Shown in pieces: positions 1-9,388 of a DNA stretch of 64,000 nucleotides (positions are counted from its first letter, which is position 1; each line of letters begins with the position of its first letter). The DNA is taken from assembly GCA_963793865.1 (NCBI GenBank), contig CAWCBP010000001.1:288001-352000 (forward strand), given 5' to 3'. A model generated the notes under the pieces. It did no database searches. It was not told where the DNA came from and saw only the letters and a program-made list of their open reading frames with translations. Origin of the DNA: an uncultured delta proteobacterium. GTDB taxonomy: Bacteria > Desulfobacterota > WTBG01. The translations under genes were made by a program, and so were the position numbers.

Positions 1-710
1 TCTGCGAGGCCATGGCCCGGTTTGGCGCCGATGTTGCCTGCAATGATATCGATCTGAAGAGTGCCCGGGAAACGGTGGCCCTGCTGGGGAAATATGGCCG
101 GCGGGCCATTGCGGTTGCGGGTGACGTATCGCAGCCCGACCAGGTTGAGCGCATGGTCAATGAGACACTAAAGGCCTTCAATACCATCGACATCCTTTTT
201 AACAATGCCGGCATTCCCAATCCTCCGCTCAAGATTCACGAGCTGGCCATCGCCGATTGGGACAGGGTCATGGATGTGAGCCTGCGGGGCATGTTCCTGG
301 TGATGCGGGCGGTGCTGCCGGCGATGCTCAGGCAGAAGAAGGGGGCCATTATCAACACCGCGTCGGTTGCGGGGCTGATGGCCGGATCCGAGGAGGCATC
401 TCTTGCAAACGCGGCCCCTTACGGGGTGGCCAAGCACGGCGTTATCGGGCTGACAAAGCACGCGGCGGTTGCCTATGCCGGGGACGGCATTCGCATCAAT
501 GCCATCGCGCCGGGGGCGCATCTCACCTGGCCGCTTGCCGTTCCCCGGGAGGAGATGGCCAAGGTTAATGAGCGGCTTGCCCGGTATATTCCCATGGGCC
601 GGCTGGGGAACCCAAGCGAGATACAGGGTCTGGCGGTGTATCTGGCCTCGGATGCCTCAAGTTATGTTACCGGCGCGACCTTTGTGCACGACGGCGGCTT
701 CACTGCCTGA
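1..710 (+). CDS. SDR family NAD(P)-dependent oxidoreductase, 5'-partial
   Basis: NNAG motif, YxxxK (YGVAK), IRINAIAPG and C-terminal DGG. The Gly-rich N-terminal motif is missing and the frame is open to the window start. Confidence 0.92.
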   Translation, partial: CEAMARFGADVACNDIDLKSARETVALLGKYGRRAIAVAGDVSQPDQVERMVNETLKAFNTIDILFNNAGIPNPPLKIHELAIADWDRVMDVSLRGMFLVMRAVLPAMLRQKKGAIINTASVAGLMAGSEEASLANAAPYGVAKHGVIGLTKHAAVAYAGDGIRINAIAPGAHLTWPLAVPREEMAKVNERLARYIPMGRLGNPSEIQGLAVYLASDASSYVTGATFVHDGGFTA

Positions 711-758
711 TGATAATGGGTTTGGAAAATCAAGCATCCAAAGGACAAGGAGCGTACC

Positions 759-1244
759 ATGAAGATTGAAGGTGTTGACCGGGTGGTGGTCGCGGTTAAG
801 GATCTGGATAAGGCAGCAGCATTCTTCTCCCGCCTGCTGGGTATTTCCTTTGAAGAGGTGACCGGCCCCATGGTGGAATCCGGCGGTGTGCGGTTCGGCG
901 TTGGTGCGCTGCCGCCGCAGCAGTTCCCTTTGCGCATTGAGCTGATACAGCCTGTCCATCCGCTGAAGGACGTGCGCCCCCCCGACCCCAAGGCGATAGC
1001 GAAGAGGGTTGAACACGTGGATGCCGCGGTCCACGCCCTGGTTTTCAAGGTGGAGGATACCGCGGAAGCCGCCGAAGACGCGAAAAAAGCAGGGGTGCGC
1101 ATTTATGATACCATTGAGATAAAAAAGATTCCCTCCTGGGGCATCACCGATTTTAGGGAGCTGTTCGCGGAGGAGGAGGACACCCTGGGCGTCAACATGG
1201 CATTCGTGGAATTTAAGAAGGATTCTCCGGTTAAGGATGGATGA
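759..1244 (+). CDS. VOC/glyoxalase family protein (methylmalonyl-CoA epimerase-like)
   Basis: VDRVVVAVKDLDKAAAFFSRLLG and IELIQP patterns; AAGGAG RBS. Confidence 0.8.
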   Translation: MKIEGVDRVVVAVKDLDKAAAFFSRLLGISFEEVTGPMVESGGVRFGVGALPPQQFPLRIELIQPVHPLKDVRPPDPKAIAKRVEHVDAAVHALVFKVEDTAEAAEDAKKAGVRIYDTIEIKKIPSWGITDFRELFAEEEDTLGVNMAFVEFKKDSPVKDG

Positions 1245-2218
1245 TGTCTTTAGAGAAACAGCGGCTCTTTGAACTGTACCGGAAGATGATGGTGGTGCGC
1301 GCCATGGAGGAGACCCACGCCCGGCTGCTTCAGGAAGGAACCATTTCCCTCATGGGCCATTTCGGCACCGGGCAGGAAGCGGTTGCCATTGGCGTGACCG
1401 CGCCGTTGCGCCGGGAGGATATTCTCTTCGGCACCCACCGGGGGGTGGGTGAGTTTATCGGCAAGGGAATGAACCCGAAGGATATCTGGCTGGAGTACCT
1501 GGGCAAGCGGAACTCCCCCTGCAAGGGTAAGGGGGGATTGCACCTTGCAGATAAAAAAAACAACATCCCGGGCCTGGTTCCCTGCCTGGGCTCCGATTTC
1601 TCCATGGCCGTGGGAGCCGCTCTCGCGGCCGCGATACGCAAGACCGGACAGGTGACCCTCTGCCTGGCCGGCGAGGGTACCTTTAATCAGGGCGATGCGC
1701 ATCCCTCGATGTGTATGGCTGCGCTCTGGAAGCTGCCTTTGGTATTTGCGGTATGCACCAATCAATTCTGCCAGTTTTCAGCCATGGATGAGGTGTATCC
1801 AACAAAGGACGTGGCGCCCCGGGCGGCGGGATATGGCATTCCCTACGAGATCGTGGACGGTCAGGATGTTGAAGTCACCTATGACGCGTCGCTCCGTGCG
1901 GTAGAGCATGCCCGCAGCGGCAAGGGGCCGTATCTGGTCGAATATAAAACCTTTCGCATGGCGCTCCACTATTCAGGGGATCGCGGCGGGTACGTCAACC
2001 CGGATGACCTGAAGGAGTGGGGCAAACGGGATCCCATCGAGCTGTGCCGGCGCACCATGCTGGAGAGGAATTTCTTAACCGCGGATGAAGAGAAAAAGTT
2101 GCGGGAGGACGTTCACCGCCAGGTGGCCGCGGCAGTTGACGAGGCTATGGCCGGTCCGAACCCGACGCAGGGTGATCTTTTTGCCGATGTATATGCCGGG
2201 GACGGAGCAGTATCATGA
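1241..2218 (+). CDS. TPP-dependent dehydrogenase E1 alpha subunit (acetoin/2-oxoacid dehydrogenase family)
   Basis: GQEAVAIG, THRG, GEG..QG TPP motif, GKGPYLVEYKTFR, RDPI. Confidence 0.92.
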   Translation: MMSLEKQRLFELYRKMMVVRAMEETHARLLQEGTISLMGHFGTGQEAVAIGVTAPLRREDILFGTHRGVGEFIGKGMNPKDIWLEYLGKRNSPCKGKGGLHLADKKNNIPGLVPCLGSDFSMAVGAALAAAIRKTGQVTLCLAGEGTFNQGDAHPSMCMAALWKLPLVFAVCTNQFCQFSAMDEVYPTKDVAPRAAGYGIPYEIVDGQDVEVTYDASLRAVEHARSGKGPYLVEYKTFRMALHYSGDRGGYVNPDDLKEWGKRDPIELCRRTMLERNFLTADEEKKLREDVHRQVAAAVDEAMAGPNPTQGDLFADVYAGDGAVS

Positions 2219-3189
2219 CGCGTGAGCTCAGTTTTCGGGAAGCGATCACGGAAGCACTGGCAGAGGAAATGCGCCGTGATCCATGCGTGATACTGCTGGG
2301 TGAAGATGTACAGCTCAGTCTCATGGGCCAGACCGCGGGGCTGGTTGACGAGTTTGGCACAGCACGGATCATCAACACCCCGGTGGCGGAGAACGCCATT
2401 ACCGGCGTTGCCATCGGTGCCGCCATGAACGGACTGCGCCCGGTTCTGGAATTGCTGCTCTGCGACTTTGCCCTGCTGGCCATGGATCAGATCTGCAACA
2501 ATCTGGCACAGTGGCGATACGTCACCGGAGGGCAATATCCGCTGCCGGTGACCATCAGGACAACGGTGGGTGGAGGATTCGGATTGGGCTTCGGCCACTC
2601 GCAGTGTCTGGAATCAATGTTTCTTCAGGTGCCCGGTTTGATTCTGATTGAGCCCTCTACTCCCTATGATGCAAAAGGGCTTCTCACCTCAGCCATACGC
2701 AGTGATGATCCCGTGATATTCTTTGAACACAAGAAACTGTTATGGAAGGGTGAGAGAGGTGAGGTCCCCGAAGAGGAGTATGCCATTCCCTTCGGTCAGG
2801 CCGCGGTGCGCAGGGAAGGAAAGGATGTAACGGTTGCCGCCCTCGGGTGTATGGTTGGAGAAGCGCTTGCTGCTGCGCAGGAACTTGCGCGGGAAGGCAT
2901 GGAGTGCGAAGTCATCGATCTGCGGACCATCGTGCCCCTCGATACAGTTGCCCTGGTTTCCTCGCTTGAAAAGACCGGTCGAATGGTCGTTGCTGAGGAA
3001 GGACGGCTGCGGGGAGGGGTGGGTGCCGAGATAGCAGCCATGATTTGTGAGAATCACTTCACCATGCTTAAGGCACCGGTACAGCGCGTGGGAGCACCCA
3101 TGATTCCAATACCGGGCAGCCCGTGCCTGGAAAGCATGTACCTTCCCAATAAAGATGCAATTGTAAAATCAATTAAACATATTATGTAA
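2215..3189 (+). CDS. TPP-dependent dehydrogenase E1 beta subunit
   Basis: LLGEDV, NTPVAE, GLRPVLE, HSQCLE, DPVIFFEHK, IDLRTIVPLD; 4-bp overlap with the alpha gene. Confidence 0.93.
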   Translation: MTRELSFREAITEALAEEMRRDPCVILLGEDVQLSLMGQTAGLVDEFGTARIINTPVAENAITGVAIGAAMNGLRPVLELLLCDFALLAMDQICNNLAQWRYVTGGQYPLPVTIRTTVGGGFGLGFGHSQCLESMFLQVPGLILIEPSTPYDAKGLLTSAIRSDDPVIFFEHKKLLWKGERGEVPEEEYAIPFGQAAVRREGKDVTVAALGCMVGEALAAAQELAREGMECEVIDLRTIVPLDTVALVSSLEKTGRMVVAEEGRLRGGVGAEIAAMICENHFTMLKAPVQRVGAPMIPIPGSPCLESMYLPNKDAIVKSIKHIM

Positions 3190-3215
3190 GATTTTATGGG
3201 AGGAGGTAACCAACT

Positions 3216-4013
3216 ATGATGGGCAAACTGATCAGAATGGAGAGAATTTTGGATCGCAATACCAGGAAGACGGTGATTGTGCCGCTGGACCACGGTGTGA
3301 CGGTCGGGCCCATAAAAGGGCTGATCTCCATGGGCAGGACGGTTGACATGATTGCCGAGGGCGGCGCCAACGCGGTCATCGGCCACCTGGGGCTTCCCCT
3401 GCACGGCCACCGGGGTGCGGGAAAGGACATCGGACTGATGCTCCATCTGTCCGCCTCCACCTCCCTCGCTCCCGACCCCACCCACAAGGTGCTGGTCAAC
3501 ACCGTGCAGCGGGCGGTCAAGCTGGGCGCCGACGGGGTTTCGGTTCACATCAACATCGGTGCCGATGACGAAGACAAGATGCTTGAAGACCTGGGGCGGG
3601 TGGCCATTGAATGCATGGAATGGGGCATGCCGCTGCTGGCCATGATGTACCCGCGGGGATCTCAAATCGATGAGGCGCGGGAGCGGGACGTGGATCTGGT
3701 TAAGCACGCGGCCCGCGTCGGCGGCGAGCTGGGCGCGGACATTGTAAAGTGTCCCTACACGGGCAGCGCGGAAAGCTTCCGGGAGGTGGTGGAAGGCAGC
3801 CTGGTGCCGGTGGTCATCGCCGGAGGTTCAAAGACCACTGACCGGGAAACGCTGGAAATGATCGAGGGGGCGATGAAAGCCGGCGCGGCGGGCATCTCCA
3901 TGGGGAGAAACGCCTTCCAGCATGAGAACCCCACCATGCTGGTGAAGGCCGCCTGCGCCATCGTGCATCAGGGGATGTCCGTCAAGGAAGCGTTGCAACT
4001 TATTGCCTCATAA
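3216..4013 (+). CDS. aroA': 2-amino-3,7-dideoxy-D-threo-hept-6-ulosonate synthase / DhnA-type class I aldolase
   Basis: IVPLDHG, HLSASTSL, LLAMMYPRG, ELGADIVK Schiff-base Lys, GRNAFQH; GGAGG RBS. Confidence 0.8.
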   Translation: MMGKLIRMERILDRNTRKTVIVPLDHGVTVGPIKGLISMGRTVDMIAEGGANAVIGHLGLPLHGHRGAGKDIGLMLHLSASTSLAPDPTHKVLVNTVQRAVKLGADGVSVHINIGADDEDKMLEDLGRVAIECMEWGMPLLAMMYPRGSQIDEARERDVDLVKHAARVGGELGADIVKCPYTGSAESFREVVEGSLVPVVIAGGSKTTDRETLEMIEGAMKAGAAGISMGRNAFQHENPTMLVKAACAIVHQGMSVKEALQLIAS

Positions 4014-4022
4014 GGAAAAAGC

Positions 4023-6284
4023 ATGAAGGTGCTACAAATCATCCGCTCATGGTCACTCGGTCTGCTCGTCATTGCATCGCTGCTTTTTTTGCGTGGCGTA
4101 TGCTGTTCACAGCCGCCCGACAATGCCGCCATCGCCTCGCCTGAAGCACTGCAAAAGACGATTTTGGACGACAAGGCCCTCCTTCAGGAGGAGATGAAAA
4201 AGGCCGAGGCATTGCTTGCCGGGTCGTCAGGAGATGAAGAGCGGAGATTCTACACGGAGCTCCTTGACCAGCTGCAAAAAATTGACATTGTCTATGAGCA
4301 GCAGCTTGTGCAAATCAAGAGATCACCGGAACTCTCCCAAACGCTTGAGAAGGTTAAAAACGAGACTGTTCAAGGACCGGACACATCGAAGGTTGAGAAG
4401 GGTTATTATCCCTTCTCGTATCTCGATGAACTGGGGAACAGGCTCTTCCTGCTGGAAGAACAGGCCGGATCTTTTGATGAGGAGCTGAAGACGGCCGATG
4501 AAGCATACCTGACAGCGCGTGATAAATTGAAGGAGAAGGAACAGGATTTTCGCCGTATCCGGGAGGATCATGAGAAGCGCAATGAGGATCCCCTGCGTTC
4601 TCCCGCCGTCATGGTTGCCCAGTGGTCCCGGCGGCTGGCTGAGGAGGAACTGGAGCTGCGGAAGCTGTTCATGGACAATGAACGGATTGAGCATACCATC
4701 CATCAGCTCAAGATTGCCCGCCAGCGGTCCCAGATAGGTGCGCTCCAGGGGCGCGTGCGCTTTACCCGCGAGGAGCTTGATGCACAACTGTCGGTCATTG
4801 ATAAGGAAATAGCCGCATTGAGAAGCCGCCTGGAGCAGGCCAAGGACAAAAAGGGGCGGGCGGAACTGAGGTGGCAGAAAGCTGCCAAGCAGCCTGCCGG
4901 GGAGGACCAGTCCCCGGCTGATGCGCAGGTGCGTGACAAGGAAATTGAGAATCTCAGGCTCTGGTATGATGCCGGCAATGCCCAGGTGATTGTAGTGGGC
5001 CAGCTGATTACTTTTCGCAATGATTTGAAGAAGATCTGGCAGTACCGCTATGAGCTTTTTCACAATACGCCCCTGGCGGACATCCCGGCATGGAAAAAGG
5101 AGATCAGCCAGGGACTGAAACAATTGGAGGAGGGTCGGCAGAAGGCGAGCGGGGTTCAGACCGGGTGCCTCAATGAGATCATTGTCAGAAATGAAGCCCT
5201 GGCATCGGCTGACAGGGCTTCAAAAACAAGCCTGTATCTGGAGGAACAGATCCGGGCCCTGAAAGAGCGGGAAGGTTTCTCGAGGGAATTCCTTGAAGCC
5301 GTCCGCAAGATGGAGTGGGAATACAAAAGACTGCTTGCCGACATTCAATCCAGGGAGTCGCGGATAAGCCTGAGGCAAAGAATAGACCGGTATGGCGTGG
5401 TCATTTCCCGCGTCTGGCGGTATGAGCTGACCTCGGTTGATGATCATCCCATCACGGTGGGGAAAATCATTACCGCCGTCCTGCTTCTTATTATCGGCTA
5501 CTTCCTGTCAAAGCTGCTTACCCTGCAGATGGGGAAACAACTCAAGCAGCGGTTTGCCGTTGATGAAGCGGCGGTCTTTGCCTGGCAGCAGATCGTACAC
5601 TACCTGCTCCTGGTCCTGCTGCTGCTCTTTGTGCTCAACCTGGTGCGGATACCGCTTACCTTCTTTACCGTGGTGGGAGGCGCACTGGCCATCGGCGTCG
5701 GTTTCGGCAGCCAGACCATCGTCAACAACTTTTTGAGCGGCCTGATCCTGATGCTCGAGCGCCCGATAAAGATCGGTGACATCGTCGAGGTGGAACAGGT
5801 GAGCGGCACGGTTGAATGGGTGGGAGCGCGGAGCACCAGGATCAAAACCTTTGATAACCTGCGGCTGGTCGTTCCCAACAGCGCCATACTGCAGAACAAG
5901 ATCATTAACTGGAGCCTGACCGATGATATCGTGAGGCGGACGGTAACGGTCGGGGTGATGTACGGATCTCCCGTCCGGCAGGTGGAGCAGTTGCTGCTGC
6001 AGGCTGCCGACGAGCAGCGGCTGGTCGAGCGCTATCCGGAGCCGCAGGTGTTTTTTGAAGACTTCGGAGACAGCGCCCTGATATTCGTGCTGCTCATATG
6101 GGTCAGCCTGGTGCGCACGGGCAAGTCTCAATCAAGCATCAGAAGGGTTGAGAGCGAGATCCGCTTCCGCGTTGACGAGCTGTTCCGCCAGGAAGGGATT
6201 ATCATTGCCTATCCCCAGCGCGACCTGCACATCGACAGTCTCAAGCCCATAGAAGTGAGACTGAAGCGGGATGATCATACCTAG
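4023..6284 (+). CDS. MscS/MscK-family mechanosensitive channel with long periplasmic coiled coil
   Basis: Signal peptide, coiled-coil region, three TM helices, then GVGFGSQTIVNNFLSG, ERPIKIGD, VPNS, FGDSAL. Confidence 0.9.
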   Translation: MKVLQIIRSWSLGLLVIASLLFLRGVCCSQPPDNAAIASPEALQKTILDDKALLQEEMKKAEALLAGSSGDEERRFYTELLDQLQKIDIVYEQQLVQIKRSPELSQTLEKVKNETVQGPDTSKVEKGYYPFSYLDELGNRLFLLEEQAGSFDEELKTADEAYLTARDKLKEKEQDFRRIREDHEKRNEDPLRSPAVMVAQWSRRLAEEELELRKLFMDNERIEHTIHQLKIARQRSQIGALQGRVRFTREELDAQLSVIDKEIAALRSRLEQAKDKKGRAELRWQKAAKQPAGEDQSPADAQVRDKEIENLRLWYDAGNAQVIVVGQLITFRNDLKKIWQYRYELFHNTPLADIPAWKKEISQGLKQLEEGRQKASGVQTGCLNEIIVRNEALASADRASKTSLYLEEQIRALKEREGFSREFLEAVRKMEWEYKRLLADIQSRESRISLRQRIDRYGVVISRVWRYELTSVDDHPITVGKIITAVLLLIIGYFLSKLLTLQMGKQLKQRFAVDEAAVFAWQQIVHYLLLVLLLLFVLNLVRIPLTFFTVVGGALAIGVGFGSQTIVNNFLSGLILMLERPIKIGDIVEVEQVSGTVEWVGARSTRIKTFDNLRLVVPNSAILQNKIINWSLTDDIVRRTVTVGVMYGSPVRQVEQLLLQAADEQRLVERYPEPQVFFEDFGDSALIFVLLIWVSLVRTGKSQSSIRRVESEIRFRVDELFRQEGIIIAYPQRDLHIDSLKPIEVRLKRDDHT

Positions 6285-6380
6285 CGGCTGTTGAAAAACA
6301 TCCATCTGATTTATGGCTCAAAAGCCCCTCCCCCTTGAGCCTTTGAAAAGCTTGTGAAAAACACTTCAACAGCCTGCCAG
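6281..6380. mobile_element. Short MITE-like element with GCTGTTGAAAAA...TTCAACAGCCTGC ends, overlapping the MscS stop (CTAG)
   Basis: Terminal inverted repeats; internal sequence nearly identical to the reverse complement of 62087-62166. Confidence 0.7.
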
Positions 6381-6421
6381 CGCGCACGATCGCAGACGCG
6401 CTTTTTTAAGGGAGATGACTG

Positions 6422-7939
6422 GTGATACGAAAAGCCGGATTTGACAATGAGCTCTATCTTCGTGAGCAGACCGCCGCCATCCTGGAGCGGGTAAGGATGT
6501 TTGACAACAAGCTCTACCTGGAGTTCGGAGGCAAGCTGCTGTTTGATTACCACGCGGCCCGGGTGCTGCCGGGGTTTAAGCCCAACGTGAAAATGGAGCT
6601 TTTGCAGAAGCTCAAGGACCGGGCCGACATCATCCTCTGCATTTACGCCGGGGACATTGAGCGGAAAAAAGTGCGTGCTGATTTCGGCATCACCTATGAC
6701 GCGGACACGCTCAAGCTCATAGACGACTTGAATGAATGGGGGGTCGATATCGCCGCCGTGGTCATAACCCGCTTTGACGATCAGCCGGCGGCAAAAATAT
6801 TCAGAAACAAGCTGGAACGAAGGGGCGTTACCGTCTATGTGCACAAGTTTACCAAGGGATATCCCACGGACATCGACACCATTGTGAGCGATGAGGGCTA
6901 CGGGGCCAATCACTACATCCGGACACAAAAGCCGCTGGTGGTCGTCACCGGTCCCGGGCCGGGAAGCGGCAAGCTGGCCACCTGCCTTTCCCAGCTCTAC
7001 CATGAACACAAACGGGGCGTGAATGCCGGCTACGCGAAACTGGAGACATTCCCGGTGTGGAACCTTCCGCTCAAGCATCCCGTCAATGTCGCCTATGAGG
7101 CGGCCACCGCGGACATCATGGACTGCAACCAGATCGATCCCTTCCATCTGGAGCACCACGGGAAAACCGCCGTCAATTACAACCGGGATATTGAGGTCTT
7201 CCCGGTGCTGAAAAGTATTCTCAAGAAGATTTCCGGCACCACGTCGGTGTACCTGTCTCCCACCGACATGGGGGTGAACAAGGTGGGATCGGCAATTAGT
7301 GACGACGAGGTGGTCCAGTACGCCGCCAGGCAGGAGCTGATACGCAGATTTTTCCGCTACAACTGCGAGTACGCCATGGGACTCATGGACAGGGAAACGG
7401 CGCAGCGGGTTGAGCTGCTGATGAATGAGCTTGATGTTAAAACGGATGACAGAAAGGTTGTTGCCCTGGCCCGCCAGGCCGCGTCTGATGCCCAAAACGG
7501 AAACAAGGGCAACGAGGGTATTTTCTGCGGCGCCGCCATCGAGCTGGCCGACGGTGACATGGTCACGGGCAGCAACTCCTATCTGCTGCACGCGGCGTCA
7601 AGCCTGGTGATCAACGCCATAAAGCACCTGGCGGAAATCCCCCAGAAGATACATCTGCTTCCCCAGAACATCACCGAGTCAATCTGCAATTTCAAGACCA
7701 CCACGCTGGGCACAAAAAGCCCGAGCCTGGACCTGGAGGAAACGCTGATCACCCTGAGCATCAGCGCCATGTCCAATCCCGCGGCGCAGCTGGCCATTGA
7801 AAAGCTCAAGGACCTCAAGGACTGTGAAATGCACATGACCCACATTCCCACCCCCGGTGATGAGGCGGGCTTGAGGCGGCTGGGCATTAATGTGACCAGC
7901 GATCCCGATTTTTCCACCAAGAACCTCTTCATCAGGTAA
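6422..7939 (+). CDS. DUF1846 (UPF0371) family protein
   Basis: KLYLEFGGKL, VVVTGPGPGSGKLATCLSQLY, GYAKLETFPVWNLPLKHPVNVAYEAATAD. Confidence 0.9.
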   Translation: MIRKAGFDNELYLREQTAAILERVRMFDNKLYLEFGGKLLFDYHAARVLPGFKPNVKMELLQKLKDRADIILCIYAGDIERKKVRADFGITYDADTLKLIDDLNEWGVDIAAVVITRFDDQPAAKIFRNKLERRGVTVYVHKFTKGYPTDIDTIVSDEGYGANHYIRTQKPLVVVTGPGPGSGKLATCLSQLYHEHKRGVNAGYAKLETFPVWNLPLKHPVNVAYEAATADIMDCNQIDPFHLEHHGKTAVNYNRDIEVFPVLKSILKKISGTTSVYLSPTDMGVNKVGSAISDDEVVQYAARQELIRRFFRYNCEYAMGLMDRETAQRVELLMNELDVKTDDRKVVALARQAASDAQNGNKGNEGIFCGAAIELADGDMVTGSNSYLLHAASSLVINAIKHLAEIPQKIHLLPQNITESICNFKTTTLGTKSPSLDLEETLITLSISAMSNPAAQLAIEKLKDLKDCEMHMTHIPTPGDEAGLRRLGINVTSDPDFSTKNLFIR

Positions 7940-7954
7940 GACAAACGGCGGCAT

Positions 7955-9388
7955 TTACTGGGTCGCCTTTCTTTCCAGGCGTGCAATAGTTTCGATGTGG
8001 GAGGTTTGAGGGAAGAGGTCTATTGCGGTGAGCGAGGCGAGGTTGTATTGCCCGCTCAGCGCCTCAAGGTCGCGGGCCAGCGTGGCCGGGTTGCAGGACA
8101 GGTAAATGATTCTGAGGGGTGCCAGTTCCAGGAGTCCCCGGATGACATGAGGCTGACAGCCCGCCCGCGGCGGATCGACAAAGACAACCAGACTGTCTGC
8201 CGGCAGCATTTTTTGAGCGCATGCCCGGCGCAGGAACCGCTCCACAGTCAGCGCATGGAACGTCACTCCCTCAATCCCGTTTGCACGGGCGTTTTCCCTC
8301 GCATCCTCAATGGCAGAATCGAGCTCATCGACGCCTATTGCCTCAGCCGCTGTAACACCTGCAAGAAGCGCCAGGACACCGGCCCCGCAGTAGAGATCGA
8401 GGACCGTCATATCTGCTTCAAGCTGCGCCTCCTGCAGCGCCCTCTCGTAGAGCAGCCGTGCCGCCCCGGTATTGACTTGCAAAAAGGACCCGGGTGACGT
8501 TGCAAGGTTGAGGCCGCAGATCACTTCCTGAAGCCTCCGGGCGCCCCACAGGTGCAGCCACCTCCGGCCGGTGACGATGCTTGTCGGTCTGGGCTGGACG
8601 TTCTGAAATATGCCCCGTATCTCCGGGCACCCCTCTGTCATCCTCCCGATGAGTTGCTCCCGGCGCGGGAAACTGTCATCGGCTGTAATAAAGGTGATAA
8701 GCGCTTCATCCGCCTCGTTGACGCGGACGAGAAGATGCTTCAGCCATCCCCGGCCGGACTTCCTATCATAGGGTTGCAGAGCAAGCTCCGGAAGGATTCG
8801 CCTGACCGCGCCGAGGATGCGGAGCGCGATGGGGGATTGAATCAGGCAGTCCTCGATGGGGACAACATCGTGGCTCCCGGGCGCGAAATATCCCGCAACC
8901 GGTTCCGCCGATTGACCTCCGAAGACAAATTGCGCGTTATTGCGATAACGCCGGCTCTCTTCTGTGTGAAGGAAATTGATGTCCGGGAACTCCGGCATCC
9001 GTCCCAGGCGCTGAATCGTCTCGCGCAGCAGGTCCTTTTTAGCTTCCCGCTGTCTCTCGGGCGGCATGTGCTGCCAGTTGCATCCGCCGCACCAGAGGCC
9101 GGTCTTCTGATATGCGAAGTGATAGGGGCAGGCGGGTATGATGCGGTGGGGCGCGCTTTCCAGCACTTTAAGAGGGATGCAGCGAAGGTAGGTTTTTTTC
9201 TCCTCAACCGGCCGCGCCAGAATGGTTTCGCCGGGCAGGGTGTAGGGGACAAAGGCGACCTTGCCCTGCAGGTCCCCCCCGGAAACGATAGGTCCCACCC
9301 CGTCTCCGTGCAGGGCCAGCCGCTTGATCTCAACCGTATGAGTATGATTGGCCGGCCCGCCGGGGCCGGCGTTTAGAGTTCCCTCCAT
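7955..9388 (-). CDS. rlmD: 23S rRNA (uracil-1939-C5)-methyltransferase
   Basis: TRAM N-terminus, CGGCNWQH Fe-S motif, SFLQVN, DLYCGAG, DPPRAG, YLSCNPATLARD, DLFPQTSHIE. Confidence 0.92.
   Translation of the reverse strand: MEGTLNAGPGGPANHTHTVEIKRLALHGDGVGPIVSGGDLQGKVAFVPYTLPGETILARPVEEKKTYLRCIPLKVLESAPHRIIPACPYHFAYQKTGLWCGGCNWQHMPPERQREAKKDLLRETIQRLGRMPEFPDINFLHTEESRRYRNNAQFVFGGQSAEPVAGYFAPGSHDVVPIEDCLIQSPIALRILGAVRRILPELALQPYDRKSGRGWLKHLLVRVNEADEALITFITADDSFPRREQLIGRMTEGCPEIRGIFQNVQPRPTSIVTGRRWLHLWGARRLQEVICGLNLATSPGSFLQVNTGAARLLYERALQEAQLEADMTVLDLYCGAGVLALLAGVTAAEAIGVDELDSAIEDARENARANGIEGVTFHALTVERFLRRACAQKMLPADSLVVFVDPPRAGCQPHVIRGLLELAPLRIIYLSCNPATLARDLEALSGQYNLASLTAIDLFPQTSHIETIARLERKATQ

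Noticed and set aside
1670..1700. GEG instead of GDG in the E1 alpha TPP motif
   Set aside because: GEG is a known functional variant in branched-chain 2-oxoacid dehydrogenases.
6311..7591. Long antisense ORFs (for example 6311-7591, 9409-10398, 62763-63803)
   Set aside because: They are shadows of well-supported genes on the opposite strand in GC-rich DNA.
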